Part shown: piece by piece, positions 6,980 to 15,019 of the stretch
How the letters are laid out: each line of letters begins with the position of its first letter
Numbering within the stretch: the stretch's first letter is position 1
Assembly: GCA_017480285.1 (NCBI GenBank)
Contig: JAFVAX010000094.1
Coordinates: 29,229-53,228 of the forward strand
Source of the DNA: Paludibacteraceae bacterium
Lineage (GTDB): Bacteria > Bacteroidota > Bacteroidia > Bacteroidales > Paludibacteraceae
DNA: 24,000 nt
Reading direction: 5' to 3'
Position numbers and translations under genes: made by a program
Notes under the pieces: model-generated
Told to the model about the DNA's origin: nothing
Seen by the model: the letters and a program-made list of their open reading frames with translations, nothing else
The model's database searches: none

Positions 6980-7723
6980 AACTTTACGGGAGAAATAAAA
7001 GGGCAAGTAAAACAAGTTACTATATCCCTTTCGCTCTCACAACCAACAGCAAACAATGGAGTATCAATGTTTTACGGCTCTAATCAAACAACATACGACA
7101 ATTTAATTGTCATATACTACGATACTCTTGGCAGAATTGTAGAAAAAGACAATTATGTTGAAGTTGGTGTTGCTTATATTGACTTGTATGAGTATTATGA
7201 ACATGGATATATAGTAAGAAATGTTGATAAAACCGGCAATTATACCAACCATGTGAAATATGTCTTTGCTGATTCCGGCATAATACACAAAGAACTCGTA
7301 TACGAAGGTGATAGTCTATTGCAGGCTGATTCTATGTTTTACAATTATCAAAATCTTTTAGTTGGGAAGTTCTCTTACTCAATCAAAAAGCAACAATGGG
7401 AAGTAAAATATACTTGCAAATACGACTCTTTATCAAGGCTTATAGGTGTTAGAAGAAACGATAGTTCCAAATCAGGATTTAATGTTGTTTATGATGAAAA
7501 TGGTAATTATGTCCGGCAGATTATAAACAATGGTAAAATAATAGACAAAGAAACATATACATTTGACAAGAACGGCAATTTAACAAAGATACGATCCAAT
7601 CAAATAAAATACACCTACTCTAAATTTGACAATTATGGGAATTGGACTAAATGCCTTCAGGAAATGCGTACTGAAATCGGCTGGATGGGAGTAGAATATA
7701 ACAGACAAATAGAATATTATTAA
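6905..7723 (+). CDS. Secreted protein with YD-like repeats
   Basis: ATG at 6905 gives the signal peptide MQRILFLLISVLQVIISFA/DEF; the track start at 6857 is TTG. Repeats are present: YDTLGRIV, YDSLSRLIGV, YDENGNYV, FDKNGNLTKI, FDNYGNWTK. There is no T9SS CTD. Confidence 0.65.
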   Translation: MQRILFLLISVLQVIISFADEFEVDNFTGEIKGQVKQVTISLSLSQPTANNGVSMFYGSNQTTYDNLIVIYYDTLGRIVEKDNYVEVGVAYIDLYEYYEHGYIVRNVDKTGNYTNHVKYVFADSGIIHKELVYEGDSLLQADSMFYNYQNLLVGKFSYSIKKQQWEVKYTCKYDSLSRLIGVRRNDSSKSGFNVVYDENGNYVRQIINNGKIIDKETYTFDKNGNLTKIRSNQIKYTYSKFDNYGNWTKCLQEMRTEIGWMGVEYNRQIEYY

Positions 7724-7735
7724 GGATTTGAATAG

Positions 7736-8041
7736 ATGGTACAAATAATACAAAAACAATCAGTCTGTTTGTTAATATTATTACTTGTCTGTTGCAGGGT
7801 AATGCAAACGAGCAGATTGAGATGGTTTATGACCAAAATGGCAATTTAATTAAAGATTTTGACAGAAAAATTTGCTAAATCACATATAATTTGCTAAATT
7901 TGTGCGATAGTGTTCAATTCCTCTTTCACAACAATCAAACAGTATAATTACATTTACAAAACATTACAGGAACAATACAGAGTATTACCAAACAGACAGC
8001 CTGACAACAAGGCACAGAGTGAATAACCAAGAAGGCTATAA
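7736..8041 (+). pseudogene. Second collapsed gene: short signal-peptide-like start plus a YD-tail fragment with an in-frame stop
   Basis: - ATG at 7736 gives MVQIIQKQSVCLLILLLVCC..
- Another frame reads GNANEQIEMVYDQNGNLIKDFDRKIC*ITYNLLNLCDSVQF.
- Further on it reads ITFTKHYRNNTEYYQTDSLTTRHRVNNQEGY, homologous to aa 30-59 of ORF 3058.
- Homology stops at 8040, one base before the ATG at 8042. Confidence 0.5.
7861..7909 (+). repeat. 49-bp repeat, copy 2
   Basis: 47/49 identical to 2952-3000. Confidence 0.85.
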
Positions 8042-10918
8042 ATGAAAAGATTATATATACTTATACTTTTATTTTTTGGAGCATTTTACCTGTTTGGTCA
8101 GGTAGATAATCTATTAAAATTGCACGATGTATCTGTTATTCCCAACACAGGGCAGATGCAGTGTGCAATCAAATTAGCGCATCTAAAAGACCCTGATTTT
8201 GATATACCTATTTATATATCCTATACAAGTGATGGCTTTCGACCTTTAACATATTCAGGTATTGTTGGCAAGAATTGGTCTTTATATTTAGAAGGCTCAA
8301 TATCAAGACAAATAATAGGTCTTGCAGATGATTATGCAAACAATGACTACGGTGAAGGCATTGCTCGTCAGGGTTTCTTGGAAATGCTCCGTCAGAAAGA
8401 TTCAAGTTATTTTTATTCGCAATACAATACAGTTAATGACTTGTATGAGCATCAAGAAGTTTTTCGTTCTTTTTTAGATGCAAGCAGCGATATTTATACT
8501 TTTTCAGCAAACGGACTTTCCGGAACTTTTGTTATCGGTTGGGATGGCAAAGCAAAAATAATAACCGGTGATTTTGTACGGGTTGATTTAGATAGTTTGA
8601 CAATTCAGGAGATACACCAATTGCCGACAAACAATCTATTTGACATATTGAAAGTACCTATAAGTTCCAAGATTCGACTGACCGACATGAACGGATACAA
8701 ATATGTTTTTGGCGGTAATGACAATGCTCTTGAATATACTTACGATTATCCTGATTTTTCCGAGTTGAACTATTCACAACCATTACCTGTAATAACAGCG
8801 TGGCATCTTGTTGAAATCATCGCACCCAACGATAGGCGTATCCGCTTCCACTATAATGAACAAAATGTGTCATCTTATGATTATATAGAAGACGGCATAG
8901 GCTGTTCTTATCATTTCAACTACAATAATGTTTTGTCATTTAATTCTGTTGAAACTCCTTATCTAAATTTTCAAGAAGTGCCTGAAGACGATTTTTATTT
9001 AGGCAAGGATAGTACTTGGGGCATAATCAATCATCAGAAATTGCAGAAAACGACACTTTTGGATTCCATTTCGACGAGCGATAATAGTTTTTCTATTTAC
9101 CTAAACTATCTAAACGACAGCGATTATCTCTTTCTCAGACAACCGATGAGAACTATACCTTTACCTTCTACTTTCAATGTTAGACAAAAGAAACCGTTTT
9201 TAGAAAAAATAAAAGTACAATCCGTGTCAAATAACATAGCCGAATGGAATCTTCTGTATAATACAATCCGGATAGGAAACAAGCATATACCGCGACATTA
9301 TCTTTCTTCGTGCAAAACAAATGATAACATAGGATTTTCATTTGAATATGATTTTGATGATTTATTGGGAACTGAGAGTATTGATACACTCTCTAATATG
9401 GATGCATACGGCTATATCTGTAATGATACTTTGAGTAGGTTTGGTTCATTAAAAAAAGTGAGAGATATGTTAGGAGGTATAACATCCTTCTCTTATCAAC
9501 CGACTAAAATTGATAGTATTAGGATATTCTTAAAAAACAATAATTCTGTATATTCTATTACAAGACAAACAACAAAAAATCTTATTCATTCTCTTGTTAT
9601 TAAGGATATAGAAGTTAGGGACATGAATGGCGAAAAATATTTGAAAAAGTCGTATTCCTATGAATACAATCCATATAAGCCAAGCCCCTTATTGTTCTCT
9701 CCCAAAAATCCTACTGACAGTATATATATTAACCGCAGACATAGTTATGGTACTTTGGATATTGATTATGCAGTATTGCAAGATACTTCCGTTTCCGAGC
9801 CAATTTACACATTGAAAGGCTATTTGAACACCCAACCGACACAAAATACAGTTCATTATAGTAAAGTAGAAGAAAGTATTTATAACAATGGTGCGACACA
9901 ACAGACCGGCATCAATCTCTATTTTTATGATACAAAAACTGATAGTATAGAATTTTCTTTCATTTCAAACGAGCATTTCACGGAAGCGTATAGCATATTA
10001 TCTCAATCAAAAATAAGGAACAGACTTTATGCAATTGAAAATTACGATAGGCAGGAAACTTTATGCAAGCGCACAACATATAAATACTCTCCAACCTTAA
10101 CCAATGATTTTAGCCTGAATCTGTCAAATTTTGTTTGCAAGATTTATTATTCTCAAAACCTGCAAATAGAAAAAGGTATTAAAGAGTTTTATGTTAGTGG
10201 AAATGTGTTAAACAAGTATGAATATCAATATGACTCATTAAGACGAGTTATACGAATTGACCATACTAACAATCTACAACATTCTTTTACAACTTTTACT
10301 TACCCCGACAACTATTTCACTTCCAATTTATTTGGAAACAATGAAGTTCTTGATGGTATAAGACTTTTAACCTATCAGAATCGCATCGGCTTACCTGTAG
10401 AAACTGCCGGCGGACGAATCAAAAACAATGTGGAATATATTACATCAGCAACTTTATCGATCCCTAAAAGGTATGGTAATTACGGGAATCCTAATGCCTA
10501 TTCGTATGTTGCACCTTATATGATGCTTAATTTGAACATCAATGAACCAATTGCTGATTTTCAGCCTTTTATGACAGATATAAACAATATCCGTTTTGAT
10601 CAACGATACGATACTCTGTATGTGTATTCTTACAATCGATATTTACGACCGATAGAAATAATAAAAAAGAGCGAACCAACAAAACAACTAACTTGGGATA
10701 ACAAAAATTTGAATATTATTTCAGAAAGTATTGGGAATAGGATCACATCCCAAATATGGAATCCTTATGTTGGCATTAAATCACAAACAGATACACGAGG
10801 CAATACAGTATATTATCGCTACAACCAATTCGGACAAGTTGTGGAAACATACCGAATTAGAAACGGGAAGAAAGAAGTGTTGAATATCTGTGAATATAAT
10901 TATCCCCGGATTAAATAA
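8042..10918 (+). CDS. Large secreted RHS/YD-repeat family protein lacking an RHS core or toxin tip
   Basis: - 958-aa uninterrupted ORF.
- Signal peptide MKRLYILILLFFGAFYLFGQ.
- The N-terminal IYISYTSDGFRPLTYSGIVGKNWSLYLEGSISRQIIGLADDY recalls the SpvB/TcB-type N-terminal motif (from memory).
- YD repeats lie near the C-terminus (YQYDSLRRVIRI; TDTRGNTVYYRYNQFGQVVETY).
- There is no PxxxxDPxGL-type core. Confidence 0.8.
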   Translation: MKRLYILILLFFGAFYLFGQVDNLLKLHDVSVIPNTGQMQCAIKLAHLKDPDFDIPIYISYTSDGFRPLTYSGIVGKNWSLYLEGSISRQIIGLADDYANNDYGEGIARQGFLEMLRQKDSSYFYSQYNTVNDLYEHQEVFRSFLDASSDIYTFSANGLSGTFVIGWDGKAKIITGDFVRVDLDSLTIQEIHQLPTNNLFDILKVPISSKIRLTDMNGYKYVFGGNDNALEYTYDYPDFSELNYSQPLPVITAWHLVEIIAPNDRRIRFHYNEQNVSSYDYIEDGIGCSYHFNYNNVLSFNSVETPYLNFQEVPEDDFYLGKDSTWGIINHQKLQKTTLLDSISTSDNSFSIYLNYLNDSDYLFLRQPMRTIPLPSTFNVRQKKPFLEKIKVQSVSNNIAEWNLLYNTIRIGNKHIPRHYLSSCKTNDNIGFSFEYDFDDLLGTESIDTLSNMDAYGYICNDTLSRFGSLKKVRDMLGGITSFSYQPTKIDSIRIFLKNNNSVYSITRQTTKNLIHSLVIKDIEVRDMNGEKYLKKSYSYEYNPYKPSPLLFSPKNPTDSIYINRRHSYGTLDIDYAVLQDTSVSEPIYTLKGYLNTQPTQNTVHYSKVEESIYNNGATQQTGINLYFYDTKTDSIEFSFISNEHFTEAYSILSQSKIRNRLYAIENYDRQETLCKRTTYKYSPTLTNDFSLNLSNFVCKIYYSQNLQIEKGIKEFYVSGNVLNKYEYQYDSLRRVIRIDHTNNLQHSFTTFTYPDNYFTSNLFGNNEVLDGIRLLTYQNRIGLPVETAGGRIKNNVEYITSATLSIPKRYGNYGNPNAYSYVAPYMMLNLNINEPIADFQPFMTDINNIRFDQRYDTLYVYSYNRYLRPIEIIKKSEPTKQLTWDNKNLNIISESIGNRITSQIWNPYVGIKSQTDTRGNTVYYRYNQFGQVVETYRIRNGKKEVLNICEYNYPRIK

Positions 10919-10938
10919 TAACCACTAAAATATAATCA

Positions 10939-12135
10939 ATGAATACTATCGAAGAAGCCGTAAAAGATTTCAAAGAAGGCAAGTTTGTCATAGTCGTTGA
11001 CGACGAAGACCGCGAGAACGAAGGCGATTTCATAACATCAGCCGAGATGATAACTCCCGAAAAAGTCAATTTTATGCTACATAACGGCAGAGGCGTGCTC
11101 TGTGTCCCACTCACCGAAGAACGATGTGCAGAACTTGAACTTACCCATCAGGTGAGCAACAACACCTCTATGCTCGGCACACCCTTCACTGTAACCGTCG
11201 ATAAACTTGAAGGGTGTACAACAGGCGTGTCTGCACACGACCGTTGTGCCACTATCCGTGCACTGGCCGACCCTCAATCCAAACCTGCTGACTTCGGCAG
11301 ACCAGGACATATCAACCCACTCTATGCCAAATCACGAGGTGTGCTCCGACGAGCCGGACATACCGAAGCGGCTATCGACCTGTGCCGACTCTCAGGGCTC
11401 CAACCCGCCGCCGCTCTCATCGAGATAATGAACGAAGACGGCACAATGGCACGACTGCCGCAACTTGAACAAACGGCTGAGAAATACGGACTCAAACTTA
11501 TCTCTATAAAAGACCTTATCGCCTACCGGCTGCGCACCGAATCACTTATCGAAAGAGGAGAAACAGTACATCTGCCGACACAATACGGCGATTTCATGCT
11601 TACGCCTTTTAAGCAGATTTCCAATGGTTTGGAACATATAGCACTTGTTAAAGGCAGTTGGGAAGAAGGCGAACCGATACTCTGCCGCGTACACTCGTCT
11701 TGTATGACCGGCGACATCTTCGGTTCTATGCGATGCGAATGTGGCGAACAACTGCACAAAGCAATGCAACTCATTGAAAAAGAGGGAAAAGGCATACTCG
11801 TTTATATGAATCAAGAAGGGCGTGGAATAGGACTTATGAACAAGATTCGTGCGTACAAACTTCAGGAACAAGGCGACGATACCGTTGAAGCCAATATCCA
11901 CCTCGGCTTCGACCCCGATGAACGCGACTATGGTGTTGGTGCGCAGATACTCAGACAGATGGGCGCACAGAAACTGAGACTTATGACCAACAACCCCGTC
12001 AAGCGTATCGGACTTGAGAGTTATGGTATTCAAATTGTGGAGAACATACCACTCGAAATAGCACCCAACCCCTTCAACGAACGCTATATGCGGACAAAAA
12101 AGGAAAAAATGCACCACCTGCTGAAGATGATTTGA
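10939..12135 (+). CDS. ribBA: Bifunctional 3,4-dihydroxy-2-butanone-4-phosphate synthase / GTP cyclohydrolase II
   Basis: N-terminal RibB motifs ([22 protein letters not shown]). C-terminal RibA motifs ([29 protein letters not shown]). 398 aa. Confidence 0.95.
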   Translation: MNTIEEAVKDFKEGKFVIVVDDEDRENEGDFITSAEMITPEKVNFMLHNGRGVLCVPLTEERCAELELTHQVSNNTSMLGTPFTVTVDKLEGCTTGVSAHDRCATIRALADPQSKPADFGRPGHINPLYAKSRGVLRRAGHTEAAIDLCRLSGLQPAAALIEIMNEDGTMARLPQLEQTAEKYGLKLISIKDLIAYRLRTESLIERGETVHLPTQYGDFMLTPFKQISNGLEHIALVKGSWEEGEPILCRVHSSCMTGDIFGSMRCECGEQLHKAMQLIEKEGKGILVYMNQEGRGIGLMNKIRAYKLQEQGDDTVEANIHLGFDPDERDYGVGAQILRQMGAQKLRLMTNNPVKRIGLESYGIQIVENIPLEIAPNPFNERYMRTKKEKMHHLLKMI

Positions 12136-12161
12136 CACAAAATTCTCGCAGATAACGCTGA

Positions 12162-13184
12162 TCACGTGATTGACACATTGAGACCTGAGGCAGTGGCAAA
12201 AAGAAAATACCGTTGCATCTGCTCGTCATCAGGCATCGGGTATTTTGACAAAGCACCAATAACACCTTGCGGACGAAAACGAAGTAAACGAACAGGGATA
12301 GCGGTTTGGAGCGCTGCTCTGTCGGAGGTTAGAACCCTTGCATTTAACACTTGGGCAACATTTGTGAGGATATTCTCTACATCGGTTGAAACGGAGAACT
12401 GCTGAGAGGGAAAATTGCTATTAGATTCTGAAACAAGTTGCTTCGCATCGTGGGGCCGTGCAGAATAAGGAGTATCCTCATTCCGACGAAGGTCGGAATC
12501 TCGCTGAAGAGTATCCTCATTCCGACGAAGGTCGGAATCTCGCTGAAGAGTATCCTCTTTCCGACGAAGGTCGGAATCTCGCTGAGGAGTATCCTCTTTC
12601 CGACGAAGGTCGGAATCTCGCTGAGGAATCTGAGATTCTGAAACAAGTTTAGAATGAGGAATTGAGGAATTGCTAAAAGACGGCAGACACACTATTCGCA
12701 CTTCCGTCAGTTTGCCCAACTTTGACAAAAGACGCAAATTATCCTTTACTATATTATCATTGTCTGCACCTGTAAGACGTTTATACACACTACTATCCCA
12801 CGCTTTCACATCAAGCATAACACCATCTGTGAGTTCGAGCAAACGAGGATATAACTGAAACGGGATAGTGCCATTGCTATCAATAAGACAACTGAGACCT
12901 AATGGCTTGATAAGTTCAAACAACTCCTCCACAAACTCCGCTTGCAACATACACTCGCCACCCGAGACGGTTATTCCACGAATGAAAGGTATGCCTTTCT
13001 TCACTTCTTCAGCCACTTCTGTAGCCGACATTTGGCGAACTTCGTTGTTGGAAGTTCTTTCCCAAGTCTCAGGATTATGGCAGTAGGCACAACGGATGTT
13101 GCACCCTTGAAGGAAGATGGCAGTACGATTACCCGGACCATCAACCGTTGATTGAGGTATTATTTTTCTTACATACCCAAGCAC
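12162..13184 (-). CDS. yjjW: Glycyl-radical enzyme activase (YjjW-like radical SAM) carrying a ~97-aa in-frame repeat insertion
   Basis: GTG start. The N-terminus has VDGPGNRTAIFLQGCNIRCAYCHNPETW (CX3CX2C) and ITVSGGE. The C-terminal IPVRLLRFRPQGV resembles the YjjW tail (from memory). Residues ~169-265 are low-complexity, with QRDSDLRR(K/N)EDT(P/L) x4. Confidence 0.85.
   Translation of the reverse strand: MLGYVRKIIPQSTVDGPGNRTAIFLQGCNIRCAYCHNPETWERTSNNEVRQMSATEVAEEVKKGIPFIRGITVSGGECMLQAEFVEELFELIKPLGLSCLIDSNGTIPFQLYPRLLELTDGVMLDVKAWDSSVYKRLTGADNDNIVKDNLRLLSKLGKLTEVRIVCLPSFSNSSIPHSKLVSESQIPQRDSDLRRKEDTPQRDSDLRRKEDTLQRDSDLRRNEDTLQRDSDLRRNEDTPYSARPHDAKQLVSESNSNFPSQQFSVSTDVENILTNVAQVLNARVLTSDRAALQTAIPVRLLRFRPQGVIGALSKYPMPDDEQMQRYFLFATASGLNVSIT
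12424..12660. repeat. Interspersed palindromic repeat element, copy A (inside the activase CDS)
   Basis: It is bounded by direct repeats gattctgaaacaagtt at 12424-12439 and 12634-12649, 210 bp apart. The conserved core is 12428-12463. An internal tandem array follows. The right end, ctgaaacaagtttagaatgagga, parallels the end of copy B. Confidence 0.7.
12470..12625. repeat. Tandem repeat, 4 x 39 bp, each unit containing an 8-bp-stem hairpin
   Basis: The unit is gagtatcctc(a/t)ttccgacgaaggtcggaatctcgctga(a/g). The hairpin is attccgac-gaag-gtcggaat (tttccgac in units 3-4). Units start at 12470, 12509, 12548, and 12587. Confidence 0.95.
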
Positions 13185-13237
13185 AATTCAAAAATTGCAT
13201 TTATTCAAAGATTTTTATCTTCCACAATATCAACTAT

Positions 13238-14728
13238 TTACACTCCCCTCACCTTCCTATCTTGCAGGTGTCCTGAAGCGTATGCGGGCGCACCAAACTG
13301 TGTAGTGTTCTGTAGCACCGCCTTACCCGCGTTCCATTTCTCCATCTCCGAACGTTTGACCAAATAACCTGTTATGCGCACCAAATCTGAGTCGGAAGCA
13401 TAGAAGGCAATGTATTTCTGCCCTACACTGAAAGCACCTTTAACAATATCAAGCACGGCTGCCGGATTACGCTTGGCAGTTATGTCAAAAGGCAGGATGT
13501 CGGAACAACCTGTCGGGATAAACTTATGGAAACGAGCAGAATGGCGCAGATGGTCGTATATTGACTCCGGCTCATCGCCCACTGGAATACGCACACCCGA
13601 AGTGATGCCATAGTCGGTATCAATACCTACTTGTGCGTGAAGCAACAAACGATGGTTGGCAATCTCACAATACGGACATTCGTATTTAGCGGCAAAATCG
13701 GAAATAATGGTCATTATCTGTTCTGCAAGAGCGTCAGCCTCTTTGTCAGAACCGTATTTCTTGCCTTCGGGCATAAACATATTAGTTGCCTCGGCAAGAC
13801 CTACGAGACCGAACATTGCTACAAACCTGTCGCGCTCAACAAACCCTTCGGTAGCAAGGAAATTGCTCTCAAAGAAACCCGATTTCTCAACGATGAAGCG
13901 TATTCGCTCTGACATATAATCAGCCATACAAAGCAGGGCTTCAGGCAGAAGGTTATGAAGGAAATCGTCTTTATCTTTAGCAAGTTTGGCAAGTCTGGGC
14001 AAGACTACACGAGTAAGAGTATAACTGCCACCGCCGATGGGTAAGATGTTATAGCAGGAAGATATGCCATAACGGTCGTAGGTTGTACGATTCAGTACAT
14101 CGTTGCATATAGCGGGATTAGCCACCTCAAGCGAGCACAAGATGGCTTGTTCGGCAAAACTGTCAGGCGTTATTTGCGGGTCGTATTTAAGTGTCAGGTT
14201 CGGCACTGCCTGCTCAAGTTCTTTATCCACTTCAAGCAACAGCCGACCGGCACGAGTCTCCTCCGGTCCGAGATTAGCGTGCGAGAACGAGTCGGTTATG
14301 GTACGGTCAAGATAAATAAGGAACAAACGAAGTTTTTTCTTTACCTCGACATCAGTCAGATTCGTGATAAAAGGCTCTATGAGTTTGTCCAAATCGCCGA
14401 GAAAGACGGGATAGGTAGTGATTGACGGCACATGCCGATACACCACTTGCAGGAAGGTTAGCAGTTCGTCGAAGTCCGTTGGCGGGTCAAGTTCCAAAAA
14501 CTTAACTCCTTGTTTTACAATCTTCTCATAATCGGGCATTATATAACGCGGACGATAAGGGGCGTTGCCTTCGTTCAGGTTGCAGATAGCACCTTTCTCG
14601 AAAAAGAAACGAGTGCGATCCGGCATTGGAAGGACAGAAAGAGTATCTTCAGCAGCATGAGCAAGAGCATTCACCTTCTGCTCATAACTGAGTTTTTGAG
14701 ATGTTACAATAGAATAGATGTCTGACAT
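13238..14728 (-). CDS. yjjI: YjjI-family glycyl-radical enzyme (function unknown)
   Basis: 496 aa. Motifs: LSYEQK...APYRPRYIMPDYEKI, and a C-terminal glycine-radical-type motif DLVRITGYLVKR. It lies immediately upstream of, and co-oriented with, a radical-SAM activase. Confidence 0.85.
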   Translation of the reverse strand: MSDIYSIVTSQKLSYEQKVNALAHAAEDTLSVLPMPDRTRFFFEKGAICNLNEGNAPYRPRYIMPDYEKIVKQGVKFLELDPPTDFDELLTFLQVVYRHVPSITTYPVFLGDLDKLIEPFITNLTDVEVKKKLRLFLIYLDRTITDSFSHANLGPEETRAGRLLLEVDKELEQAVPNLTLKYDPQITPDSFAEQAILCSLEVANPAICNDVLNRTTYDRYGISSCYNILPIGGGSYTLTRVVLPRLAKLAKDKDDFLHNLLPEALLCMADYMSERIRFIVEKSGFFESNFLATEGFVERDRFVAMFGLVGLAEATNMFMPEGKKYGSDKEADALAEQIMTIISDFAAKYECPYCEIANHRLLLHAQVGIDTDYGITSGVRIPVGDEPESIYDHLRHSARFHKFIPTGCSDILPFDITAKRNPAAVLDIVKGAFSVGQKYIAFYASDSDLVRITGYLVKRSEMEKWNAGKAVLQNTTQFGAPAYASGHLQDRKVRGV

Positions 14729-14765
14729 GGTATTATTCTGGTTAATTGGTTAACTGATTAATTGG

Positions 14766-14928
14766 TTATCCTCATGCTGAACTTGTTTCAGCATCTCTTG
14801 TTTCAGCATCTCTTGTTTCAGCATCTCTTGTCCCAACCCTCATCCTGCACGGCCCCACGATGCGAAGCAACTTGTTTCAGGATCTTTCGGTGAGTATTTT
14901 GAGATCCTGAAATAAATTCAGGATGAGG
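14766..14928. repeat. Interspersed palindromic repeat element, copy B (in the yjjI 5' leader, inverted relative to copy A)
   Basis: It contains the reverse complement of the copy A core (14845-14880). It has hairpins atgctgaa..ttcagcat and atcctgaa-ataaa-ttcaggat, and its own tandem array. Confidence 0.7.
14782..14831. repeat. Tandem repeat, 3.3 x 15 bp (cttgtttcagcatct)
   Basis: Three exact units lie at 14782, 14797, and 14812, followed by a partial unit. Confidence 0.9.
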
Positions 14929-14953
14929 TTTCACCTTTCACTTTTCTCTTCCG

Positions 14954-14985
14954 CAAAGATACTCAAAATAAACTATTTTAGCAAA
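14954..14985 (-). promoter_or_regulatory. Bacteroidota-type promoter for yjjI-yjjW
   Basis: On the minus strand: TTTG (14985-14982), 20-nt spacer, TAtcTTTG (14961-14954). Confidence 0.55.
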
Positions 14986-15019
14986 TTTATGCAATAATTT
15001 TATTTTTTTTGCAGAAAAG

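Noticed and set aside
1-10920. Calling the whole AT-rich island a mobile element (ICE, transposon, or prophage)
   Set aside because: No integrase, transposase, relaxase, or phage genes are visible, and no terminal repeats. The left boundary is outside the window. Only compositional and content evidence supports an accessory island.
10919-10938. FMN riboswitch or promoter upstream of ribBA
   Set aside because: Only 20 nt separate the upstream stop from the ribBA ATG. An FMN element needs more than 100 nt.
11542-12165. 207-aa ORF antisense to ribBA, plus other antisense or nested ORFs at 11077-11310, 11207-11428, and 11523-11795
   Set aside because: These are shadow ORFs inside a strongly supported ribBA CDS. 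They have no motifs and low-complexity composition.
12470-12625. Regularly spaced 39-bp palindromic repeats, considered as a possible CRISPR array
   Set aside because: The units are directly contiguous with no spacers. They lie inside a continuous ORF. There are only four copies and no cas genes nearby. This is a tandem repeat within an interspersed element, not a CRISPR array.
12377-12652. ORFs 12377-12646(-), 12438-12641(+), and 12458-12652(+), which encode repetitive peptides
   Set aside because: They are artefacts of the 39-bp tandem repeat being open in several frames. The activase frame is the only one continuous with recognisable enzyme sequence on both sides.
13410-14725. Plus-strand ORFs within yjjI (13410-13613, 13631-13912, 13656-13919, 14103-14315, 14147-14425, 14510-14725)
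   Set aside because: They are antisense shadows of the glycyl-radical enzyme CDS.
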